From an uncultured Clostridia bacterium (GTDB lineage Bacteria; Bacillota; Clostridia; TANB77; CAG-508), in NCBI GenBank assembly GCA_947581825.1, contig CANPVP010000002.1, forward strand, positions 194,777 through 258,776: a stretch of 64,000 nucleotides of DNA, written 5' to 3'. Positions 42,277 to 52,841 of this stretch are shown here, piece after piece. Each line of letters starts with the position of its first letter. The first letter of the stretch is position 1. Made by a program: the position numbers and the translations under genes. The notes beneath the pieces were generated by a model, which was not told where the DNA came from, did no database searches, and saw only the letters and a program-made list of their open reading frames with translations.

Positions 42277-43497
42277 TTAAGTTTCAAGCAAAAAGTAGCT
42301 TGAAGTTATATTTGTGTCTATTTTAATGTTAAAAGAGGATTGAGTATACGATTCTTTCCAATTAAAATCATTCCAATCGTTCCAAGTCAAAAATTTATCA
42401 ACAGCATATTGACCAAGACCTGCAACATCAGATTTATATTTAGTAGCAGTAGTTGAAAAATAATCCATAAAAATCTTTTCAAGATAATCATTAGTAGCCT
42501 TTTGAAGAAGTTCAATATTTTTTTCATCTAAATATTTATTGTTATTTGAAATTGAAGAAATTTTTGCTGTTAAAAATGCGTCAACGTCTATAACTGGTTT
42601 CCCATCTATTATATTAATTTTTATTTTAGTTCTTCTTTTCTGAGTTAGAAAAATATCAATACTAGAGTTTTCATCAAATGGACTAGGAATACCAATAGTA
42701 GTATTTTCTAACTTGTTTGTAAGAATAAGATGTGCTAATGTTTCATGCGGAGATAAAAATCCTACTAATTTATCCTGTTTAAAAACTGCTAAACCTAAAG
42801 TTTTTAAAGTAGGTTTACCTTCTTTTTTTTCCGTATCACCACCACTTCCAGATGATGTTGATGTATCTAATGAAGAGATATCATTTGAACTCAAACCACA
42901 TAAAATTGCAAAAGGTTCTCCAAAAGTATCGTTAGTTTTTAGAAAAAAGTCACTAATGGTTACAATCTCGGTATAACCAGTTAAGTTTTCATTTAAAGAA
43001 TCGTAATTAGACGAATAACTTTCTAAAGAATTTGAAGAATTATCGAAAAAATCTTTTATTGAACATGTACAAACTAAAACATTACAAGATGGGCGTATTT
43101 CTACATTGTTTACAAAGGTGTAAATATATTCGTGAAGTCCTTTTTTTGCTAAATCAGAAGAAAATACTATTATACTGCAATGAGATAAATCAACTGGTTT
43201 GCTTAAGTAACTATTTAAAAGATTTAAACCACTATCAATAGATGAACATTCAACAGAAACTACTGTAGAACTAGAACTTTTTTCGCTTCCTTGGCTACTT
43301 GATGCACTATCACTACCAGAAGATGTAGGAGTAGAAATTTCAAAGAAAATTTTTAATTTATCTTTTTCTCCTGGCTCCATACCAATTGAAATAACATAAG
43401 CTAATTTATCAATATTTTTCTCAGAGCAACCAGTTAGTACAAATAGAGGAGATATAGCAATAAATGTAGCAAATAGATATATAATAAATTTTTTCAT
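42277..43497 (-). CDS. spore germination receptor subunit C (Ger(x)C lipoprotein)
   Basis: Lipobox LTGC, and Ger(x)C family features including the C-terminal region. Confidence 0.8.
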   Translation of the reverse strand: MKKFIIYLFATFIAISPLFVLTGCSEKNIDKLAYVISIGMEPGEKDKLKIFFEISTPTSSGSDSASSSQGSEKSSSSTVVSVECSSIDSGLNLLNSYLSKPVDLSHCSIIVFSSDLAKKGLHEYIYTFVNNVEIRPSCNVLVCTCSIKDFFDNSSNSLESYSSNYDSLNENLTGYTEIVTISDFFLKTNDTFGEPFAILCGLSSNDISSLDTSTSSGSGGDTEKKEGKPTLKTLGLAVFKQDKLVGFLSPHETLAHLILTNKLENTTIGIPSPFDENSSIDIFLTQKRRTKIKINIIDGKPVIDVDAFLTAKISSISNNNKYLDEKNIELLQKATNDYLEKIFMDYFSTTATKYKSDVAGLGQYAVDKFLTWNDWNDFNWKESYTQSSFNIKIDTNITSSYFLLET

Positions 43498-43527
43498 ATT
43501 AATATCCTTTCATAAGAAATCTTTTCA

Positions 43528-44640
43528 TTAGGTATTTTGAAGAACTTTTTTTGATGATGATTTTAATTTTAGTTTTATATTCCCTAAAATTAGAATGATA
43601 AAGTTCACACCAAAAACAAAAAATATGCACAAGTACTTCAAAACTTTTGTTTCTAAGAAACGAAGTTGAGCAATATTTTGTGGTAATACACTAACAACAA
43701 ATATTAAAATACTAATAATAATTAAAGACGGAATAGGCTTTGATGTTTTATTTCTTGATCTAGTAAATACATAGTTTGATAAAGCAGTTACAAGTGATAA
43801 ATAGGCAAACATTGATAAAATCCAAAATATTATGAATATAGAGTCAGGTCTTTGTAAGAAAAGACCAAAAGAAATTCTTCTAGTTGCTAGATAAACAGAC
43901 AATATAGTTTGAGTCGCATCAAAATTTGCTACAAGAAGTAAAGTAGCAACAAAACCAATCAATAATACACCACTTAAAGCCATGGAAGTAAAAGATATTG
44001 TATTAAAACTTTTTTTATCTTTTAAAAGAGGTATTAAATAAAATAATATTATAAAGTTAGAAAAAGCAGATATATTAGTTAAGCCTTTAAAAAAGGTTTC
44101 GTTAACTCCGTACCCTAAAACAGGAAATATTCTTTGAAAGGTAAAGTTGGGAATACTTGTTATCATAACAACAAAGATGCTAATAAGTATTGTTGGAAGA
44201 ATGATAAAATTGCAACGAACTACCTGACGAAAACCAAATTTATTTATAATTATTGATGCTAATAAAAATAGCAGAATAATTGCAGATACTCTAAAATCAT
44301 GAAAGTACACAATGATTAAACTTTCTGCAAAATCTCTTATAAAAAGTCCAGCAAAGAAAATAAGGTAACCAGTGAAAAATAAAGCTAAAAATTTTTTTAA
44401 GGCAGAACCACCTAAATATTCTGCTATATCTAAAAGATCAAAATTACCAAAATTTTTAAATAGTTTTACTAATAGAAGAGTAAGTATAAAAATAATAGCT
44501 GTGATATAAACAGTGTTTAAAATAGATGCAGAGCCAACCTCAGTAATTATAGATGAGGGCAAATATATAATAATGTGAGTTATGATTATAGTCATTACTA
44601 TGCCAATAGCTTCTAGTGAGCCAAGATCAGAAGACTTCAT
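43528..44640 (-). CDS. spore germination receptor subunit B (GerAB-type permease)
   Basis: 370 aa polytopic membrane protein of the Ger(x)B/APC family. Lies between the A and C genes. Confidence 0.75.
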   Translation of the reverse strand: MKSSDLGSLEAIGIVMTIIITHIIIYLPSSIITEVGSASILNTVYITAIIFILTLLLVKLFKNFGNFDLLDIAEYLGGSALKKFLALFFTGYLIFFAGLFIRDFAESLIIVYFHDFRVSAIILLFLLASIIINKFGFRQVVRCNFIILPTILISIFVVMITSIPNFTFQRIFPVLGYGVNETFFKGLTNISAFSNFIILFYLIPLLKDKKSFNTISFTSMALSGVLLIGFVATLLLVANFDATQTILSVYLATRRISFGLFLQRPDSIFIIFWILSMFAYLSLVTALSNYVFTRSRNKTSKPIPSLIIISILIFVVSVLPQNIAQLRFLETKVLKYLCIFFVFGVNFIILILGNIKLKLKSSSKKVLQNT

Positions 44641-46344
44641 TTATTTTTCACTCCCTTTTTTCCAAGTCATACTAATATTTGATTGAGAACGTATTCTCTT
44701 TGTATTAAAAGCATCAGGTCTTTTTTCTTTTTTCCAAAATGGAGCTAAGAAATAACCATTATGATTAATTTCTGTAAGTGGTGCATAAGGATTTAGGTAT
44801 GGAACACCAAAAGATTCTAAATTTGCTAGAATAGCCATATGGACAAAGATTCCAAAAGCAATTCCTAAAAATCCTGCTATGCATCCCAAAAATATATAAG
44901 AGAATCTAGCAATTCTAAAATGAAAAGATATAATAAAATCTGGTAGTGCAAAAGAGGATATACCAGTTATTGCAACAATAATAATTGTTATAGGACTAAC
45001 AATTCCAGCAGATACAGCAGCTTCTCCTAAAATTAATCCTCCAACTAAACTTATGGTAGCACCTAAAGGAGAGGGAACTCTAATACCAGCTTCTCTAATT
45101 AATTCAAAAGATAATTCCATAATAATCAATTCAAACAATATAGGAAAAGGTACAGAATTTCTGGAAGCGACTATTGCAAACAAAAGCTCTGATGGGATTA
45201 ATTCTTGATGGAATGTAGTAACAGCAATGTATAATCCTGGTAGAAGAACTGTAAAGACTAGTGCTATAATTCTAATAATTTTTAATAAATTTGCAAATTG
45301 ATATTTTAAATTTGTATCTTCAGCAGAAGCTAAAAAATCTATAAAGGTTGCAGGCATTGCTAAAACAAATGGAGTTCCATTAACAATAACAACAACTCTC
45401 CCTTCTAATAGGTAAGAAGTAGCTGTATCAGGTCTTTCTGTAGCTATAATCTGTGGTAAACTAGAGCGAGGATTATCTTCAATTAAATGATTCAGTTGCC
45501 CAGAAGAAATTAAATAATCTATATCTAAATTGCTAATTCTATATTTTACTTCAGCTACAAGTTCATCATTAGCAATCCCTTTTATATAGCAAATAGCACA
45601 ATCAGTTTTAGTTACAACACCAACATTAACATTTTCTATAATTAAATTTTCGTTATTAACAAGCCTTCTAAGCAAGGAAGTATTAGTCCTTATAACTTCA
45701 ACAAAGCCTTCTTGAGACCCACTAATAACTACTTCGCTAGTAGGAGGTTCAATGCTTCTTTGTTTTAAATCCTTTACATCAAAAGTAAAAGCACAATTTA
45801 AAGTATCTACGAATAAGGCACAATTACCTTTATTAATATTTGAAATTATTTCTGAAAATTTTGTGAGTCTAGAAATATCATTTTGAGGAAGAAGCATATT
45901 GTATAAAGTATCTTCTAAATTGAAAGATTTTACTTTTCGTATTGTAACATCATTACTTTTTATTGTAGATATTATTTCTTTAGAATAAGTTGATGTATCT
46001 AGCATTAGAGGTGTTAAAACAAATCTATTAATTACTTCGGAATTAACCATACCATCAATAAAAATAAGAAAAGCAGAATATTTCTGATTTTTGAAGTTTA
46101 TAGAAAAATTTCTAATTTTAATATCGCTATTTATTAAGGCATTATATTTAACTTTTATATATTCTAAATTATGTTTTATATCAGAATAAACAGTTTGATC
46201 TAAATTTTCCAAAGGTTTTAAAGTATTGCTTTGATTTTGTATATCATTACTTTTAGGTAATACAAAGTTATAATTATCTTGTGTATTATTAGAATGAAGT
46301 ATTTTGTTAAAAAAATTATTAAAAAGACTCATATTTAAAACCAC
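44641..46344 (-). CDS. spore germination receptor subunit A (GerAA family)
   Basis: 567 aa. The soluble N-domain and C-terminal TM bundle are typical of GerAA/GerKA. Confidence 0.8.
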   Translation of the reverse strand: MVLNMSLFNNFFNKILHSNNTQDNYNFVLPKSNDIQNQSNTLKPLENLDQTVYSDIKHNLEYIKVKYNALINSDIKIRNFSINFKNQKYSAFLIFIDGMVNSEVINRFVLTPLMLDTSTYSKEIISTIKSNDVTIRKVKSFNLEDTLYNMLLPQNDISRLTKFSEIISNINKGNCALFVDTLNCAFTFDVKDLKQRSIEPPTSEVVISGSQEGFVEVIRTNTSLLRRLVNNENLIIENVNVGVVTKTDCAICYIKGIANDELVAEVKYRISNLDIDYLISSGQLNHLIEDNPRSSLPQIIATERPDTATSYLLEGRVVVIVNGTPFVLAMPATFIDFLASAEDTNLKYQFANLLKIIRIIALVFTVLLPGLYIAVTTFHQELIPSELLFAIVASRNSVPFPILFELIIMELSFELIREAGIRVPSPLGATISLVGGLILGEAAVSAGIVSPITIIIVAITGISSFALPDFIISFHFRIARFSYIFLGCIAGFLGIAFGIFVHMAILANLESFGVPYLNPYAPLTEINHNGYFLAPFWKKEKRPDAFNTKRIRSQSNISMTWKKGSEK

Positions 46345-46552
46345 CTTTAAGAAGAGTATTTCCCAGAAAAAGAAAAATATTCTAAGGAATTGAAAGCTTT
46401 AAAATATGAAAGATGCAGATAAGTAATTTTTGATTGATGTTTTTCTTGAAATTTAAAAAAGGAAGTTTTATCAATATTTAAATAGGTAAAAGTATGGACT
46501 TTTTTCAGATTTTGACGTAAAATATAGAAAAATAAAAAAGGAGAAAAGAGAA

Positions 46553-47800
46553 ATGTTAATTGAAAAATTATTGTTTAATGTTGTAGCTTTTTCCTTATTT
46601 GTATTTATTTTTTTCAAATTAATAAGAAAAAACGATACAGCGTATGTAACAATATTAATAATTGAAGCAATAGGAATTTTACTTAATTTTATAGAAATAA
46701 TATTAAGTTTATCTCTTATTTGGACATATAAAATTATAATGTATACTATGGCAATAGTAATTCCAATAGCAGTTTTATTTATAGAAGCAAAAGGAATAAA
46801 TTGTTCAGAAGTTTTTTCTCTATTTAAAGCAAAGTTTTATAAAATTATAGGAAATGATAAAAAGCAAAAAGAAGCATTACTAAATCTTGTTAACAAATAT
46901 CCTGAAAGTTGTATGGGACATAAGCTATTAGCTCAAATATATGAAAAAGAAGGCGGAATGAGAAAAGCTATTGATGAGTATGTACAGGTAATTGAATTAG
47001 ACAATAAAGATTGTAAAAGCTATTATAGAATATCATTTCTTTTAAATGAGTTGGATAAAAAAGATGAATCAATAATTATGCTTAAGAACTTATTAAAAGT
47101 AAAACCAGATCATTTTGAAGCAATGCAATTATTAGGAGATGTATTATGTTCAACTGGAAGTTATAAAGAAGCTTTAAATGTATATTCTGATATGTTAGGA
47201 TATTATCCAAATAGTTATGAAGCATATTATAATATGGGAATGGCTTATACTCTATTAAGCGATTTTGCTAATGCAAAACTTTGCTATGAAAAAGCTGCAG
47301 ATATAAATTCTCTATCATATCATGCTTACTATAGTTTGGCACAAATAAATCTTATATATGGAGATTTGGATGAGGCAGAATTATACTTTCAAAAGAGTTT
47401 ACAAGATAAAGAAGCGGAAGCTGGAGCATATTATAATTTGGCTAAAATAGCCATGCTAAAAGGACAAAAAGAAAAAGCTTTGCAGTATGTAAATATTGCA
47501 ATAGAAACAGACAGTAAATATTCAAAAATAGCAGAAGAAGAACCTGTATTTATAGCAATAAAAGCTTCTATAAGATTCTCTTCAGAGGATAGCAAGAGAG
47601 AGAAAACAAGTAGTCTAACAATAAATGAAAAGAAAGTTAAAGAACATCTAGAAAAAACATATAGAATATCTGGAGCTATTAGTAAAAGTGATATAAATTT
47701 AGCAAGAGTTTCTAAGGAAGAATTAGAGACCAATAGAGAGATAGATAAAGAACTTGAAAATAATGAAAAATCAGATAATGATTTCGAGAAAGAATCATAA
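46553..47800 (+). CDS. tetratricopeptide-repeat membrane protein
   Basis: N-terminal TM helices, then several TPR-like repeats (AYYNMGMAY, AYYSLAQI, AYYNLAKIAMLKG). Confidence 0.7.
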   Translation: MLIEKLLFNVVAFSLFVFIFFKLIRKNDTAYVTILIIEAIGILLNFIEIILSLSLIWTYKIIMYTMAIVIPIAVLFIEAKGINCSEVFSLFKAKFYKIIGNDKKQKEALLNLVNKYPESCMGHKLLAQIYEKEGGMRKAIDEYVQVIELDNKDCKSYYRISFLLNELDKKDESIIMLKNLLKVKPDHFEAMQLLGDVLCSTGSYKEALNVYSDMLGYYPNSYEAYYNMGMAYTLLSDFANAKLCYEKAADINSLSYHAYYSLAQINLIYGDLDEAELYFQKSLQDKEAEAGAYYNLAKIAMLKGQKEKALQYVNIAIETDSKYSKIAEEEPVFIAIKASIRFSSEDSKREKTSSLTINEKKVKEHLEKTYRISGAISKSDINLARVSKEELETNREIDKELENNEKSDNDFEKES

Positions 47801-47864
47801 AAGAAAAATTAAACAAATACAATATTAATACTAAAACTTCAAAATAAAAGGGAGAGTGTTATTA

Positions 47865-48722
47865 TTGGAAAAAACAATATCAGTTATTGGTGGAGATCAA
47901 AGAATAGTAAGTTTAGTAAAATTATTGGCTGCAGATGATTATATGGTATTTACATATGGATTAGAAAAATCAGATATAAAAGAAAATGAAAAAATAGTAA
48001 AATGCAAAACATTAAAAGAAACTTTGGAAAAATCAGATAAAGTAATAGGTCCAATTCCGATATCTATAGAAAAAGACATAATTAAAATGCCATTTTGCGA
48101 AGAGAAAATAACAATAGAGGATTTAGTAAATAATCTTGATAATCATACTTTCATTGTAGGAAATGTAAATGAAAGTACAAGGAATGTACTAACTAGAAAG
48201 AATGCTGATATAATAGACATATTAGATATAGAAAAATTTACAGTTTTAAATATTATTCCAACAGTAGAAGGTGCAATACAAGTAGCTATGCAAGAAACTA
48301 AAAGAACGCTTCACGGGTCTAATGTATTAATTTTAGGGTTTGGAAGAATAGGAAAGTTACTTTCTAAAAGTTTAGTAGGACTTGGAGTAAATGTTTCATG
48401 CGAGGCAAGAAAAGACACTGATTTAGCATGGATAGAAGCATATGGATATAATCCAATAAATCTTAAAGAATTAAAACCTAAAATAGGAAAATTTGATATT
48501 ATATTTAATACAATACCAACAGAGATTTTAGGAAAAGATTTATTATCAGAAGTAAAAGAAGATGCTGTAATTATAGAACTTGCATCAAAGCCGGGAGGAA
48601 TCAATAGAAAAGTTGCAGAAAAATTAAAAATAAATGTTGTAGAAGCACTGGCTTTACCAGGAAAAGTAGCACCACTTACAGTGGCTGAATATATAAGAAA
48701 TACTATATATGAGTTAATATAA
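47865..48722 (+). CDS. dpaA: dipicolinate synthase subunit A (SpoVFA/DpaA)
   Basis: ISVIGGDQR, NIIPTVEGAIQVAMQET..LHGSNVLILGFGRIGK, ELASKPGG and ALALPGKVAP segments resemble B. subtilis DpaA along the whole protein. No dpaB follows. Confidence 0.75.
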   Translation: MEKTISVIGGDQRIVSLVKLLAADDYMVFTYGLEKSDIKENEKIVKCKTLKETLEKSDKVIGPIPISIEKDIIKMPFCEEKITIEDLVNNLDNHTFIVGNVNESTRNVLTRKNADIIDILDIEKFTVLNIIPTVEGAIQVAMQETKRTLHGSNVLILGFGRIGKLLSKSLVGLGVNVSCEARKDTDLAWIEAYGYNPINLKELKPKIGKFDIIFNTIPTEILGKDLLSEVKEDAVIIELASKPGGINRKVAEKLKINVVEALALPGKVAPLTVAEYIRNTIYELI

Positions 48723-48745
48723 ATTTTTAACAAAGGAGAAAGAAA

Positions 48746-49567
48746 ATGAATTTTATAGAAATACTTAAAGTAATTATTTTAGGAATAGTTGAGGGAATAA
48801 CTGAATGGTTACCAATAAGTAGTACAGGACATATGATATTAGTAGATGAATTTATAAAATTATCTGCATCAGAAGCTTTTAAAGAAATGTTTTTTGTTGT
48901 AATTCAACTAGGTGCTATATTAGCAGTTGTAACTATATATTTTAAAAAATTGTGGCCATTTACAACGAAAGAAAAAGGTTTTATAAAAAAAGACACTATG
49001 CAATTATGGTTTAAAGTACTTGTTGCAGTTATTCCAGCAGGAATTATAGGAATTTTATTCGAGGATACAATAGATAGAATTTTTTATAATGCAACAACAA
49101 TTGCAATTACATTAATATTATATGGAATTTTGTTTATCATAATAGAGAAGATAAAAAAAGGTAAAGATGGAAAAATAAAAGATTTTAAAAGTTTAAGTTA
49201 TAAGACAGCTTTAATTATAGGAGTATTTCAAGTGTTAGCACTAATTCCAGGAACATCAAGATCAGGAGCTACAATTTTAGGTGCTATGCTACTTGGAACT
49301 TCTAGATTCATTGCAGCAGAATTTAGCTTTTTCCTAGCTATACCAGTTATGTTTGGAGCAAGTTTACTAAAAATATTAAAATTTGGTTTAGTATTTACAA
49401 GTGCAGAATTGATAACACTAATAATAGGTATGGTAGTTGCATATTTAGTATCAATATTTGCAATAAAATTCCTAATGGGATATATAAAGAAAAAAGATTT
49501 TACGGTATTTGGATATTATAGAATTATTTTGGGAATATTAGTTTTAGGATATTTCTTAATAAGATAA
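48746..49567 (+). CDS. uppP: undecaprenyl-diphosphate phosphatase
   Basis: [18 protein letters not shown] and [10 protein letters not shown] motifs, with 8 TM helices. Confidence 0.9.
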   Translation: MNFIEILKVIILGIVEGITEWLPISSTGHMILVDEFIKLSASEAFKEMFFVVIQLGAILAVVTIYFKKLWPFTTKEKGFIKKDTMQLWFKVLVAVIPAGIIGILFEDTIDRIFYNATTIAITLILYGILFIIIEKIKKGKDGKIKDFKSLSYKTALIIGVFQVLALIPGTSRSGATILGAMLLGTSRFIAAEFSFFLAIPVMFGASLLKILKFGLVFTSAELITLIIGMVVAYLVSIFAIKFLMGYIKKKDFTVFGYYRIILGILVLGYFLIR

Positions 49568-49764
49568 AATCAAAACTAAAAAAAGAGAGTAGTTTTACTA
49601 CTCACACAGTTATTATTGTATCATATTATTAAAAACAAAGCAAATTATAAAATAATGAGAAAAACATAGTAAAATTAAGAGAAAATGATAGAGAATCTTA
49701 TAAAAAAGAAAAGAACAATAAAAATAGAGTTGAACTAATACTAGGAATATGTTAATATAAAGAT

Positions 49765-49990
49765 ACAAAATATAAATAAGTTATTAATCTACCCTGCATA
49801 GTACGTGCAGACAGAAATTTTAGAACCTACAAGTTTTGGAAAGGGGAGCTTTTACTCTGGATATGGCGTGTATGCTTGCATTTATGTAAGAAACCCATAA
49901 GTATTTAGGTGAGCACCCACCTGTGTGAGTACAGGTCCATAAAATTTCTTCAAAGTTACGGCTAAAGCGGGGATTTTTGTTTTTTATAGT
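49765..49990 (+). ncRNA. candidate structured small RNA (unclassified)
   Basis: A GC-rich (about 45%) patch in an AT-rich intergenic region. It has several hairpins (ctgcatagtacgtgcag; acctgtgtgagtacaggt), a TTGAAC-17-TAATAT promoter at 49730-49758, and ends in gcggggatttttgtttttt. The downstream lipoprotein gene has its own promoter. Confidence 0.3.
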
Positions 49991-50148
49991 ATTTTGTTGA
50001 AAAAAAGTAAATGCTAATGATATTAATTCGGATAAATAATTTGATTTTAATATATTCTAAAAAAAGTTAAATAAAAAATGTTTTTTTGTTGAAAAATGAA
50101 AAATCTAATGGTATAGTAATAATAGTTTTTATACAAAGGAGAGAAAAA

Positions 50149-50970
50149 ATGAAGAGAATAATAAAAACAACAATAGTATTAATGTTTATGCTAATAGTAT
50201 TAGCAGGGTGTACAAATACAGAATATAATGTAAAAATAAATAGAAATGGAAGCGGAAAAGTAGAATATAATATACAATTTGATAAAAATGGATTAGAAGA
50301 AAAGATGAAAGAAAACGGATTGGAAAAAGATTCGGCATGGAATCTTATGGCAACTTTAACACCTTTTGAAAAAATAATCGAAACAGCAAAAAATAATGGA
50401 TATGATGTAGAATACATTGAAGAAGAAGGAACAAGGATAGGATATAAAGCATCAAGAAATTATGATAATATACAAGATTTAAAAATACAAGATTCAGTTG
50501 GAGATGACTATATAACTATAACGGACGATTCAGGAATTAAGGTAGAAAAAAACTTTTTTGTAACAAAATTTTCTCAAAGCGTTACAGTAGATACAGCTAA
50601 AGGTGGAGAGGTAATTAATACAGTAAAAATTTCTTATAAATTCCCAAAAGGTTTTGTAAAATCAAGTGCAGATAAAAAAAATGGAATCTTTAGTTCTCAG
50701 GTTACCTGGAATTTAGGAAATAAAGAGTCAAAAAAGATTGAATATACAGTTTATACTTTAAATTTATTACCAATAATTATAATAGTAGTAATAATAATTG
50801 TAATAGTATATTTGGTTATAAAAAAAGTAAACAAAGGTAAAGAAAAGATAGAGAAGAATAAAGATAAAAAGTTGGATAAGAAATCAAAAAGCAAAGCAGA
50901 TAAAAAAGCAGACAAAAAAAATGATAAGAAAACCGATAAAAAAAGTAATAAGAAAAACGATAAAAATTAA
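50149..50970 (+). CDS. lipoprotein with C-terminal TM and Lys/Asp-rich tail
   Basis: Lipobox LAGC after a signal peptide. GGAG RBS upstream of MKRIIK. The C-terminal TM is followed by KDKK repeats. Confidence 0.7.
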   Translation: MKRIIKTTIVLMFMLIVLAGCTNTEYNVKINRNGSGKVEYNIQFDKNGLEEKMKENGLEKDSAWNLMATLTPFEKIIETAKNNGYDVEYIEEEGTRIGYKASRNYDNIQDLKIQDSVGDDYITITDDSGIKVEKNFFVTKFSQSVTVDTAKGGEVINTVKISYKFPKGFVKSSADKKNGIFSSQVTWNLGNKESKKIEYTVYTLNLLPIIIIVVIIIVIVYLVIKKVNKGKEKIEKNKDKKLDKKSKSKADKKADKKNDKKTDKKSNKKNDKN

Positions 50971-51086
50971 AAGGTTAAAAGCACAGAATAAAAATTCTGT
51001 GTTTTTATTTTATTTCTATTGACAAAAATTTGTTTTGTTATATAATAATGAAAACGAACAAAAATTTGCATTAAAGAAGGGGTAAT

Positions 51087-52727
51087 ATGATAACTAACTT
51101 ACATATAAAAAATATAGGAATAATAAGTGATATAAGTTTTAATTTAAATCAAGGATTAAATGTACTAACAGGAGAAACAGGAGCTGGAAAAAGTTTAATT
51201 ATGAATTCTTTTAATCTTCTAATGGGAGGAAGATTTTCAAAAGACATAATTAGGAAAGGAGAGGAATTTTGTTTTGTAGAAGCAGGTATATATTTACCTG
51301 AATATAAGGGACTTGTGGAAGAAAATATTGTAGTATCTAGAGAAATTTATTTAAATGGTAGAAATATTTGTAAGATTAACGGAAGATTAGCTACTGTTAG
51401 TGAGCTAAAAGAATTTATGGCAAATGTAATCGATATACATGGACAACATGATAATCAATTAATATTAAATCCAGAAACTCATATAGGATATTTGGATTGT
51501 TATATAGGAGAAAAAATACAATCAAAGAAAGAGAGATTTTTAAAACTATATGATGAATATAAATCTTTAAAAAATGAATTAAAGAAAAACTACGGAGATG
51601 ATATTGAAAAACAAAGAAAATTAGATTTGTTGAACTATCAAAAGAATGAAATAGAAACTGCAAAATTAATTATTGGAGAAGATGAAGAATTAGAACAAGA
51701 AAGAGCTTTGATATCTAATTCTGAAAAAATATCAGCAAATTTAGAGGAAGCTGATGTTCAGATTAATAATGGTGCAATAGATAGTATATCTGTTGCAATA
51801 AGAGCTTTAGGGAAAATAGAGGGATATAGTAAAGAATATGAAGAATGTTTGAATACATTAAGAAGTGTATACTATGATATACAAGAAGTTTCAAGATCTA
51901 TAGTGGATTTAAAAGAAGATACGAGTTTTGATGAACAAAGGAAAAATGAAATAGAGGAGAGATTAGATTTAATTTTTTCACTTAAAAGAAAATATGGAAA
52001 TAGTATTACTGAAATATTAGATTATAATGAAAAAATTTCTAAAGAGATAGAAACAATAGAAAATCTTGAAGATTATATAAAAGATTTAAAAAATAAATTA
52101 GCCAATATAGAAAATGAAATGTTTGATATTTCTAAGAGCATGAACAAAATTAGATCAGAGGAAAGTGTTAACTTAGAAAATAAAATAAATAATGAGTTAA
52201 AAGATTTAGAAATGAAAAATGCAAAAATAAGAATAAAAATAGATTTTAACCAAAACAAAGAGTTTAGCCAGAATGGTTTAGACAAAGTTGAAATATTCAT
52301 AACTACCAATGTTGGTTCAGATGAAAAGCCACTTATCAAAATAGCATCAGGAGGAGAAATGTCAAGAATAATGTTAGCTATAAAAAGAGTATTAGCAGAT
52401 ACAGATAAGGTTCCTATAATGATTTTTGATGAAATAGATACAGGAATAAGTGGTATAGCAGCTAATAGTGTGAGTGAAAAATTAAAAGCAATATCTAAAA
52501 AACATCAAGTGATATGTGTAACACATTTAGCTAATATTGCGGCAAATGCAGATTATCATTATTATATTTCTAAACAAGTAATAGATGATAAAACAGAAAC
52601 AAATATAAAAATGTTAGATGAAGAAGAATCAATAAAAGAAATAGCTAGAATCTCAAGTGGAAATATCACAGAAATAGCTCTAAACCATGCAAGAGAATTG
52701 AAAAAAATGACATTAAGCATCTGTTAA
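51087..52727 (+). CDS. recN: DNA repair protein RecN
   Basis: Walker A GETGAGKS in the N-terminus, long coiled coil, and C-terminal signature/Walker B (IMIFDEIDTGISG). A TTGACA-16-TATAAT promoter lies at 51019-51046. Confidence 0.88.
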   Translation: MITNLHIKNIGIISDISFNLNQGLNVLTGETGAGKSLIMNSFNLLMGGRFSKDIIRKGEEFCFVEAGIYLPEYKGLVEENIVVSREIYLNGRNICKINGRLATVSELKEFMANVIDIHGQHDNQLILNPETHIGYLDCYIGEKIQSKKERFLKLYDEYKSLKNELKKNYGDDIEKQRKLDLLNYQKNEIETAKLIIGEDEELEQERALISNSEKISANLEEADVQINNGAIDSISVAIRALGKIEGYSKEYEECLNTLRSVYYDIQEVSRSIVDLKEDTSFDEQRKNEIEERLDLIFSLKRKYGNSITEILDYNEKISKEIETIENLEDYIKDLKNKLANIENEMFDISKSMNKIRSEESVNLENKINNELKDLEMKNAKIRIKIDFNQNKEFSQNGLDKVEIFITTNVGSDEKPLIKIASGGEMSRIMLAIKRVLADTDKVPIMIFDEIDTGISGIAANSVSEKLKAISKKHQVICVTHLANIAANADYHYYISKQVIDDKTETNIKMLDEEESIKEIARISSGNITEIALNHARELKKMTLSIC

Positions 52728-52841
52728 ATTGGACTTTTTTATGTAAATATGGTATAATATTATTGGCTTGAATTAAATATTCGGCCGTAAAAAATTTTTC
52801 CGCCATGAAATGTCATTCGGCGGAAAGGATCGGAGGCATGT

